From assembly GCA_964007735.1 (NCBI GenBank), contig CAXGAI010000016.1, forward strand, positions 1 to 64,000: a DNA stretch of 64,000 nt, read 5' to 3'. Made by a program: the position numbers and the translations under genes. The notes under the pieces are model-generated. The model worked only from the letters and a program-made list of their open reading frames with translations, searched no databases and was not told the DNA's origin. The stretch comes from an uncultured Rhodopirellula sp. (GTDB lineage: Bacteria > Planctomycetota > Planctomycetia > Pirellulales > Pirellulaceae). Of this stretch, positions 1 to 7,928 are shown one piece after another; positions within the stretch are counted from its first letter, which is position 1; every line of letters begins with the position of its first letter.

Positions 1-1
1 A

Positions 2-1318
2 AGTACTCAAGGTGCTACGATTTTCATGAGTCCGGATGGAACTTTCGTTTATAACTCTAACCCAGAGAATGCCACCGCTTTACAAGACTTGAATGACGAT
101 GTTCCTTTAATGGACACCTTTACATATACGGTCAGTGATGCTCAGGGGGAAACAGCTGTTGGTATAGTTTCTATTGACGTGACTGGAATTGACGACCAAC
201 CAGAGGCCCATGACGACCAAGTGAACGCGACAAGAACTTCTATTGATCTAATTGATTTGATCAAAGCGGATAGTCCAAGTGCGGAAGGTCATGATTTTGA
301 TAGAGATATTGGTGACGAGATAGTGAAAATTAATATCCAGTCTCAGCCGACTTTTCTTGATGCAAATGGTGTAAGTATACCAGTTGGAAGTGTAGCGGAT
401 CCGAATGGCGTTGAGCCGATCCTCTATACTCTACCTAATGAGTGGCCAGAGAATTTTGATGGAAAGGTTACCTTTGATTATACAGTTGAGGATGGTGACG
501 GGATTGAATCCGAACCTGCCACGGTAACGGTTTTAGTTAATGATCCTCCGGTTGCTAATGATGATTCAGTTGAAGTTTATAAGAATCAGCAAAAGATCAT
601 CGACGTGATTCAAGCCGAAAATACGAGCTATTCCGGTCACGACTATGATGTGGATGGCACGATTGAACAGCTTACTATTATTGCCTATCCAGACCCAACT
701 CATGGTCTGTTGGTTGAAAATCCGGACAAAACGGTAACATTCACTCCAGCTCAGGATTACCTTGGAGCGGCCGAATTTAAGTATCAGCTTGCCGATGATG
801 ATGGTGACCTCTCTGAGATAGCAACCGTTTCCATTGATGTACTTTTAGACCCAATCCCATGGCACAATCGAGGGAATGGAATGGATGTCAATGGGGATAC
901 GAAGGTCTCACCAATTGATGCTTTGGTGATTATCTCAGAATTGAATGAAAAAGGATCCTATCTGCTTCCTGTTGAAACGGCTACGCCACCCCCATTCTTT
1001 GATGTGAATCAGAACGGATATGTCGATTCAGGAGATGCGATTGTAATAATCAATCATCTAAATGCATTGGCTAACGGTGAAGGGGAGTTTGTTGAACCGA
1101 CGGCGATGGACATTTCCGAAGTGTCTCAAAAGGCATTGGATGTAGGCGAGACTCACGCTAACAATGGTTTTGCCGTCGATAATCTCCAGACGTTTGGATT
1201 GTCTCAGGTTCGTAGCGAAATTATCGAAGAGTTGATTGACGAACTGGCTGATGAAGTTTCAGAAATTCTTGAAGACTCTGATGAAATTTCACTCGACGAC
1301 TTCTTTGGGCAATTTTAG
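2..1318 (+). CDS. C-terminal part of a large surface/adhesin protein: tandem Ig/cadherin-like repeats plus a planctomycete-type dockerin domain (5' end outside the window)
   Basis: Frame is open from base 2. Repeats of 'TF(T/D)YTVxD...ATVxIxV...D.P.A.DD'. C-terminal 'PWHN...DVNGDTKVSPIDALVIISELN...FFDVNQNGYVDSGDAIVIINHLN...GEGE' followed by an acidic tail. Confidence 0.85.
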   Translation, partial: STQGATIFMSPDGTFVYNSNPENATALQDLNDDVPLMDTFTYTVSDAQGETAVGIVSIDVTGIDDQPEAHDDQVNATRTSIDLIDLIKADSPSAEGHDFDRDIGDEIVKINIQSQPTFLDANGVSIPVGSVADPNGVEPILYTLPNEWPENFDGKVTFDYTVEDGDGIESEPATVTVLVNDPPVANDDSVEVYKNQQKIIDVIQAENTSYSGHDYDVDGTIEQLTIIAYPDPTHGLLVENPDKTVTFTPAQDYLGAAEFKYQLADDDGDLSEIATVSIDVLLDPIPWHNRGNGMDVNGDTKVSPIDALVIISELNEKGSYLLPVETATPPPFFDVNQNGYVDSGDAIVIINHLNALANGEGEFVEPTAMDISEVSQKALDVGETHANNGFAVDNLQTFGLSQVRSEIIEELIDELADEVSEILEDSDEISLDDFFGQF

Positions 1319-1341
1319 ATTTTGAGAATAAGTCTCTGATG

Positions 1342-1383
1342 AACTGGCGGGAAAGGCTTTGCTTTTCCCGCCAGTTTGTCTTT
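1342..1383 (+). terminator. Rho-independent terminator
   Basis: aactggcgggaaa (1342-1354) pairs perfectly with tttcccgccagtt (1364-1376). A T-rich tail follows, just after the adhesin stop codon. Confidence 0.85.
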
Positions 1384-1489
1384 CGGGCAGGCAGATCTGC
1401 TTTGCGTCACAATGAGCTAGTAGTTATCTTAAATTCTCAGGGATTTAGCGCCCACTCTCTCAGATTACGGCACCCATAGAAGATATAGA

Positions 1490-2107
1490 GTGAGAATGAA
1501 CGACGATACCAATAGTGCTCTATTAGTGCGTGCTAAGGGCGGTGATCGGGATGCCTTAGGTAACCTGCTTGATAGATACCGTCCATATCTGCGGATTCTT
1601 GCTCTTAGATATTTGGACTCAGGCGTGCGGCAGCGTGTCGATCCCTCGGATGTGATTCAGCAGACTTGTTTGGATATTCATCGCGATATTGACGGTTTTC
1701 GCGGCGACCATGAGGCAGAATGGATTGGTTGGGTTCGACGCATTCTTGAAAACAATGTCAACCAGGTGATTCGGCGACATATACAGGCTCAGAAACGTTC
1801 TGTCCGTAAAGAAACGGTCGTTGACAAATCATCGGGAGCCCACCGAATTTATAATGCCGGTCCTGTATCGAAGGAGTCTTCTCCGAGTCATCGAGTGATG
1901 AAAGGAGAACGTGCCGTTCGACTGGCGATCATGCTGGGTAAATTGCCGGAAGTTCAACGGGAAGCCATACGTTTGCGTTATTTGGAAGGGAGAACCCTTC
2001 AGCAAATTGCAAAGAGTATTGGAAGATCGGAGATGGCAGTAGCGGGTTTATTAAAGCGAGGTCTTCGCAGTTTACGCGATTTGAGTGGGACCGAGAGTAG
2101 TTTTTAA
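1490..2107 (+). CDS. ECF-type sigma-70 factor, planctomycete kinase-associated type
   Basis: Region 2 'ALGNLLDRYRPYL...RVDPSDVIQQT...W(V)RRILENN'. 'SSPS' linker. Region 4 'LPEVQREAIRLRYLEGRTLQQIA..IGRSEMAVAGLLKRG'. Confidence 0.92.
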   Translation: MRMNDDTNSALLVRAKGGDRDALGNLLDRYRPYLRILALRYLDSGVRQRVDPSDVIQQTCLDIHRDIDGFRGDHEAEWIGWVRRILENNVNQVIRRHIQAQKRSVRKETVVDKSSGAHRIYNAGPVSKESSPSHRVMKGERAVRLAIMLGKLPEVQREAIRLRYLEGRTLQQIAKSIGRSEMAVAGLLKRGLRSLRDLSGTESSF

Positions 2108-2147
2108 CCACTTTAGTCACGTCACTTCATGAAAGTGACGATATGGA

Positions 2148-4412
2148 ATGACTATGTCTGAACATCTTATTGATAATCATGAGTTCGAGGACGAGCCTTC
2201 TGAGCGCGAAATTCGTATCAGTACGTTATTAGCAGCATTTCTAAAGCAGGAAGATGGAGGCACGGCGGTTAGTCGTGAGCGATTCCTGAAAGAAAACTCG
2301 GATGTAGCTGAGGATCTTCAGATTCTACTTGAGATGGCCGACATGATTCAGGAAATGGCGGGACCAGTTTCTGATGATGGACTGGGCTTGGATTCCAATA
2401 GCCCGTTGCCAGACGCCGCGGTCTCTATAGCTCCTTCCTCCGAGCCAAACCATGAACTTAAGCATCGTTTTGATAATGGTGAGGAGACACCCACCAATCA
2501 AGGCGATAGTGTCGATTTCTATTTGCCAGGTGATTTAATACCTCAGGTTGGAAAGGATTCCAGTATGCCCGAAGGGTTTACCTTCGGCGACTACCAATTG
2601 TTAGAGGTGATTGGGCAGGGCGGGATGGGAATTGTCTATCGCGCACATCAAGCGGGCATTAATCGTGAAGTAGCTGTCAAAATGATACGTTCAGATCGTT
2701 TCCATTTTGATAAGGACGTCGCTCGATTTTACAAAGAAGCACAAACTGCCGGATCGACGCAACACCCGAATGTTGTGACCGTATTTGACATTGGTAATGT
2801 CAGCGGACGCCATTATTTCTCAATGCAATTGATCGAGGGAACTGATCTGGCCGCTTTGAATCGCGAAAGTGAGCTTAGCAGTCGGCGTATCACTGAAATT
2901 TTGAAAGACGTTGCCAATGGAGTTGATGCAGCCCACCAACACGACATCCTCCATCGCGACTTAAAACCGGCGAACGTATTGGTGCGTGAGGCAGACGGCC
3001 AGGCATTTGTTACGGACTTTGGTTTGGCGAAACAGGTCGAAAATGAACTGGAGTTAACGCAAAGTGGTGATACGGTTGGAACGCCAAGCTATATGGCACC
3101 CGAACAAGCCAGAGCTGATGAAGCTCAAATGGGGCCGGCTTCGGACGTTTACTCGATCGGTGCGATTCTTTACGAGTTATTGACCGGAGTTCCGCCATTT
3201 AAGTCGGATTCAATGGCTAGTACGGTTGTCGAAGTATTACATCGTGAAGTGATTCCCCCGTCGGATATGAATGCCAAGGTAAATAAATATTTGGAGGCGA
3301 TTTGTCTCAAGTGCCTCGAAAAGAATCCGCAATTACGGTACGAGTCGGCCAAAGAGCTGGCAGAAGACTTCCAGTGTGTGCTTGACGGCCGACCGATAAA
3401 AGCGGTACCTGTGGGGAAATCAAAAAAGGCGATTCGCTGGGTTTGCAATGTACCGTTCTTTGCTCGTCTATCAGGGAATCACTTCCCCAACGTGACGCCT
3501 GCTCATCGGGTCGTCAATCATTTATTGTGGGTCATTCCCGTCTTGCTGTTAGGTTTATTTGTCTTGTGGCAAAGCGTTAGGGAAAGTTATGTCCCGGATT
3601 CGATTAGTATCGGTACCGGCATGAGTGATCAGTTCTATCATCAGGTTGGACTGGAATTAAAAAAAGAATTGGCTACACATTACAGTCAGCCTACCGAGAT
3701 TCTGACGACGACCGGTTCTTTAGAGAATGTGAGCTTACTGAATTCCGGTACGATTCATATCGCCATAGCTCAGCTTGAAGTGCTTGCCAACGATAATTCG
3801 GTCGCTAAACTCACGCCACTCTATGCTGATAAAGTGCATGTGGTGGTTCGAAAAGGCCGGGGAATCGAAACATTAACGGATCTTGAAGGCCGGGTTGTTT
3901 CTTTGGGGCCCACCAACTCAGGGATGAGGATTACATCAGAGCGAGTTTTGTCGACACTTAATGTCGATTACGAGAGTATGCGAGAAACCTCCAAGCCGTT
4001 TCAGAATATGTTAACCGACTCGAGTATTGAAGCTGGTATCGTTACAACGCGCACAGAGAATCAGGTCCTTCGGCATTTACTGAATGACCCCCGTTTCGAA
4101 CTGATTGGTTTTTCGACTTCTCAAATCAATGAATTAACGCAAATTGGATATCATCGAGATCGGATTTCAGGTGATGGTCTCAGTCAGGTCGAAGCCGAAC
4201 TGACTTCCACGGTGGCCACAATGGCATTTTTGGTTAGTAATACGGATGCTGGAGAGGCTCTGGTGAATCGAATGCTTAATGCCCTGTTTGAGGAACGGGA
4301 AAATGGTAGTATTGCAACTCGCTTAAACCTGCTGTCGAGAACTGCCGCGAGTCAACATCCCATTGATTTTCATCCAGCGGCATTGAGATTCTTTGACGAC
4401 ACCGAGCAATAA
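2148..4412 (+). CDS. Membrane Ser/Thr protein kinase with C-terminal TAXI-type (TRAP) solute-binding domain
   Basis: Kinase motifs GQGGMGIV, VAVK, HRDLKPAN, DFG, GTPSYMAPE, SDVYSIG. One TM helix (LLWVIPVLLLGLFVLW). TAXI-like motifs 'ISIGTG...FY..VG', 'TTGSLENV.LL..G', 'LY...VHVVVR...I..LTDLEGR.VSLG..NSG', 'FHPAALRFF'. Confidence 0.9.
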   Translation: MTMSEHLIDNHEFEDEPSEREIRISTLLAAFLKQEDGGTAVSRERFLKENSDVAEDLQILLEMADMIQEMAGPVSDDGLGLDSNSPLPDAAVSIAPSSEPNHELKHRFDNGEETPTNQGDSVDFYLPGDLIPQVGKDSSMPEGFTFGDYQLLEVIGQGGMGIVYRAHQAGINREVAVKMIRSDRFHFDKDVARFYKEAQTAGSTQHPNVVTVFDIGNVSGRHYFSMQLIEGTDLAALNRESELSSRRITEILKDVANGVDAAHQHDILHRDLKPANVLVREADGQAFVTDFGLAKQVENELELTQSGDTVGTPSYMAPEQARADEAQMGPASDVYSIGAILYELLTGVPPFKSDSMASTVVEVLHREVIPPSDMNAKVNKYLEAICLKCLEKNPQLRYESAKELAEDFQCVLDGRPIKAVPVGKSKKAIRWVCNVPFFARLSGNHFPNVTPAHRVVNHLLWVIPVLLLGLFVLWQSVRESYVPDSISIGTGMSDQFYHQVGLELKKELATHYSQPTEILTTTGSLENVSLLNSGTIHIAIAQLEVLANDNSVAKLTPLYADKVHVVVRKGRGIETLTDLEGRVVSLGPTNSGMRITSERVLSTLNVDYESMRETSKPFQNMLTDSSIEAGIVTTRTENQVLRHLLNDPRFELIGFSTSQINELTQIGYHRDRISGDGLSQVEAELTSTVATMAFLVSNTDAGEALVNRMLNALFEERENGSIATRLNLLSRTAASQHPIDFHPAALRFFDDTEQ

Positions 4413-4534
4413 AGACGAAGTTTTATTAGTTTAGATTAGAGATTAAGCGCCTACTACTGCGGTTAAAAACATCTCTAATTAATGGTAACGATTGAATTCT
4501 TAAGCCACAAAAAGATCCACCGGAGTGAAAAGGT

Positions 4535-6049
4535 ATGTCTGAAGAGGGTAAAAAAGGTCACGGTAATTTAACGCTTTACATCATCATCTCGATTGTTTTG
4601 GCGATTGCCACGGCACTGATCCTGCCTGAGGTGATGGGAGAGGAAAGCGAATCCACCACCCTAAGTATTTTCGAGGGGATTGGTATTGGTGGTGAAGTCT
4701 TTTTACGAGCCTTGATGATGATGGTTGTACCGCTTGTGGTCGCCTCGGTGATGAATGGAATTCTCGGTCTAGGCGATGTGCGAAAGCTTGGAAAGCCAGG
4801 CTTCACCGCGGTGGGTTATTATTTGGCAACGACAGTATTGGCGGTGGCGATTGGGCTTATCACCGTCAATATATTTAATCCCGGGGCACCAAAAGACAAG
4901 CCAGTTGCAGGTGAGGTAGCTGTTGTGCAGTCGGAGGAGGTAACAACTCATTCCGGGGACGCTGAGCCAGCGACACATGGTGATGAAATTGTCGTAACTC
5001 CTGATGACGTCAGAAAAGTTCTGGATATTTTAGAAGATCAAACAGGTCTGAATTCCAGAGAACTTGCGAAGATATTTCCGGGGCTGTCCGCAGGACTGGA
5101 AGAGGAGGAGCCTGGTATCGGGATGATTCTGGGAAATCTAGTTCTTATGTTATTTGCGGATAATCTGTTCGAGGCCGCCGCCACGATGAATTTACTTCCC
5201 TTGATCGTGTTTGCGATTATTTTTGCCGGAATGCTCACAACGATGGGGGAACGAGTTAAAGCGATTACAGATATGATTGAGCAGATTAATAATGCCATGA
5301 TGAGTTTCGTGATGTTGTTGATGAATCTGGCACCTCTGGGGATCTTCTGTTTGATCGCATCGAATTTCGGTGAAGCCAATGCCAAAGGTGAGTTGATGGA
5401 TGTCATTTCCCAGAGTGGTATGTTCGTTCTTACAGTGCTTGTCGGGCTTGGCTTTCACGCATTTGTCACACTTTCAGCTATCTACTGGATCTTCACCAAG
5501 AAGAATCCGTATGCCTACATGAAACAAATGTCAGAAGCGTTGCTAACAGCATTTTCAACGGCTTCCAGTTCAGCAACACTGCCACTGACGATGGAATGTG
5601 CTAACAAAGCTGGTATTTCTAAGAAGTCGACTAACTTCGTATTACCTCTGGGAGCGACGATCAATATGGACGGAACGGCATTGTATGAAGCGGCCGCGGC
5701 CATCTTTATTGCTAATATTGCCGTTGTGACGCATGGTGTTGATCCATTGACATTTACCGATCAACTTATTGTGGCGGTGACGGCGACATTGGCTGCTATT
5801 GGCGCTGCTGGTATTCCGGAAGCTGGTTTGGTGACAATGATGATTGTGCTTAATGCAGTCGGCTTACCTGTCGAATTGATTTCATCCGTTTTGGCGATTG
5901 ACTGGCTTCTGGATCGGTTCCGCACTGCTACAAATACTTTTGGTGATTCGATTGGTGCTGCTATAGTGGATGAACAGTTTAAGGAAATGCAGATTGATGG
6001 CGATGATTCCAAAGGGCAGGGAACGGAAACTGCCGTTGTTCCGGCTTAG
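4535..6049 (+). CDS. Dicarboxylate/amino acid:cation symporter (DAACS, GltP/GltT-like)
   Basis: Motifs AFSTASSSATLP, LPLGATINMDGTALY, IGAAGIP, DWLLDRFRT. Multiple TM helices. Confidence 0.95.
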   Translation: MSEEGKKGHGNLTLYIIISIVLAIATALILPEVMGEESESTTLSIFEGIGIGGEVFLRALMMMVVPLVVASVMNGILGLGDVRKLGKPGFTAVGYYLATTVLAVAIGLITVNIFNPGAPKDKPVAGEVAVVQSEEVTTHSGDAEPATHGDEIVVTPDDVRKVLDILEDQTGLNSRELAKIFPGLSAGLEEEEPGIGMILGNLVLMLFADNLFEAAATMNLLPLIVFAIIFAGMLTTMGERVKAITDMIEQINNAMMSFVMLLMNLAPLGIFCLIASNFGEANAKGELMDVISQSGMFVLTVLVGLGFHAFVTLSAIYWIFTKKNPYAYMKQMSEALLTAFSTASSSATLPLTMECANKAGISKKSTNFVLPLGATINMDGTALYEAAAAIFIANIAVVTHGVDPLTFTDQLIVAVTATLAAIGAAGIPEAGLVTMMIVLNAVGLPVELISSVLAIDWLLDRFRTATNTFGDSIGAAIVDEQFKEMQIDGDDSKGQGTETAVVPA

Positions 6050-6110
6050 CATTCGATGACGCCATGCGGTATGAACCCTACAGATTTACTTTGCAAGAAG
6101 ATGCAGCAAG

Positions 6111-6794
6111 ATGAAACCTGAGCAAATTGACGAATTACTGAAACGAACTCTGGACGATTATAAAGTTTCCCGAGGTGAAAAGAAGATTCTGGATGGAATC
6201 GTGCGCGAGCACGGTTCTGCTCCCAATCAACTGGCGTTTTTACGGCATCGTGCCTTTGATATGGCACGTGAACAACTGATGAGTCCTGATGCCAAGGGAG
6301 TCCTCGATTGGCTGGAAGACGTGGTGAAGGCATTTTCCAAAACGGAGCAGGGGGCAGATGATGAATCGCATGTCTTTTTCAGCCCTGGTGATGATTGCCC
6401 CAACGTGATTTCTAACTTGTTTGAACGAGCCGAACAGACAGTTGATATATGTGTCTTCACGATTACCGATAACAGAATCACCCAGGCCATTCGGGATGCT
6501 TATGTACGAGGTATCAATATCCGGGTGATTACCGATAATGATAAGGCTTTGGATCCGGGTTCCGATGTTGATCGTATGGCTGGACTAGGGATACCCTTGC
6601 GAGTTGATAAATCACCACATCACATGCATCATAAGTATGCCATTTTTGATAAGACGATAACATTAACCGGCAGCTACAACTGGACGCGTAGTGCGGATCA
6701 CCATAATGAAGAGAATTTCCTAACCACCGAGGATCCCACTATCACTAGGCCATTTATTGGCCATTTTGAGAAACTCTGGGATTCTTTGGGATAA
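6111..6794 (+). CDS. Phospholipase D-superfamily protein with a single HKD motif (Nuc/Zucchini-like) and an N-terminal helical domain
   Basis: 'HMHHKYAIFD...TGSYNWT.SA...NEEN' (HxKxxxxD plus GSxN). Also 'VFFSPGDDC', 'DICVFTITD', 'RVITD'. Confidence 0.9.
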   Translation: MKPEQIDELLKRTLDDYKVSRGEKKILDGIVREHGSAPNQLAFLRHRAFDMAREQLMSPDAKGVLDWLEDVVKAFSKTEQGADDESHVFFSPGDDCPNVISNLFERAEQTVDICVFTITDNRITQAIRDAYVRGINIRVITDNDKALDPGSDVDRMAGLGIPLRVDKSPHHMHHKYAIFDKTITLTGSYNWTRSADHHNEENFLTTEDPTITRPFIGHFEKLWDSLG

Positions 6795-7031
6795 CTTTTG
6801 ATCCACGTGTGCTCGATGGGTATATCGACTCATATATCAACCTTGATGTAATAGATACAGGCTTTGGAGCCCTGATTATTTGGAACGTAAGCGAAATTGC
6901 TATTGGTTCAAACAATAGTGTTAAAGAGCAGCCTGTTGGTTGCTATCTGGATTAGCCCCTGGGTATAGGGGCCATTTGAACGTCTTGAATTCCTATGTAA
7001 TTCAGGGGTTTTTCTTCCAATAAATAGTTCG

Positions 7032-7051
7032 CATTAACGAATTCGTTAATG
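7032..7051. promoter_or_regulatory. Perfect 20-bp palindrome, candidate operator upstream of the NfeD/flotillin/ATPase genes
   Basis: cattaacgaattcgttaatg is its own reverse complement and lies about 190 bp upstream of the start at 7245. Confidence 0.5.
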
Positions 7052-7244
7052 TTATTGATGTGGATTATTGCCGAACGCCCCTTTTGTTATCGAAAGGCAG
7101 TAGCCGGCATAATCCGTAGAATCGTTACAGCTTGTCTGTGTTTCCCGTTTTTTCTAACTAATAGAGAGAACCTAATGGTGCAGCTTTAATACTAGTGGCG
7201 ATACTTGGAATGTAATTATCCGTAAAGAGTTAATACGAAGAACC

Positions 7245-7928
7245 ATGAGTAGTGAATTAACAGAACTAATGAATCACCTTTTTTCAGCTCCGTTGATGGT
7301 TTCAACGGGATTGATGCTATTTGTGATTGCCTACTGGTTGATTTCCATATTGACCGGTCTGGGATTAGATGCGATTGACTTCGATCTGGACTTCGATACG
7401 AATGCGGATGTTGGTGGAGTCGACGGATTCATGGGAATCGGTTTATTACCATTGAAGTGGCTGAATATCGGAGCCATCCCACTGATGTTATGGGCTTCGA
7501 TTTTTGCCGTGGCTTTTTTCTTCGCTTCGTTGGGGGTTGAGCGTTATCAGCCGTTAACCGCCGAAGCAGCGACTGGCGTCATTGCTATTCGTGTGATTTG
7601 GGTAATGGGTGTAGGGGCTTTAGGTACCAAATTCATTACTCAGCCAATGCGAGGTTGGTTTAAGGAACACATCTTGGACCATAACGAATTCATTGGCAAA
7701 CAGGCTACAACTCGAATTACAACTCACACTACTCGCGGAAAGATATTTATCGAACGCAAAGAGGGTGATTTGATATCAGAAGCCAGGACGGCTGGAAAAG
7801 AAATCCCGAATGGAACTCGGGTAACCGTCGTCAGTTATGACGAAACTCAGAAGGTGTACATGGTTGCGGAATCGCGTTCGACGGGCGAGGAAACAATGAA
7901 TAATAACGAGGAAACAGAAAATGTTTAG
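7245..7928 (+). CDS. NfeD/YqiJ-like membrane partner of flotillin (TM helices plus C-terminal OB-fold-like region)
   Basis: Hydrophobic N-terminal two-thirds with an acidic 'DAIDFDLDFD' loop and 'LNIGAIPLM'. C-terminal 'FIGK.A......T...G...........ART....IP.GT.V.VV.YD.....Y.V'. Overlaps the flotillin start. Confidence 0.8.
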   Translation: MSSELTELMNHLFSAPLMVSTGLMLFVIAYWLISILTGLGLDAIDFDLDFDTNADVGGVDGFMGIGLLPLKWLNIGAIPLMLWASIFAVAFFFASLGVERYQPLTAEAATGVIAIRVIWVMGVGALGTKFITQPMRGWFKEHILDHNEFIGKQATTRITTHTTRGKIFIERKEGDLISEARTAGKEIPNGTRVTVVSYDETQKVYMVAESRSTGEETMNNNEETENV

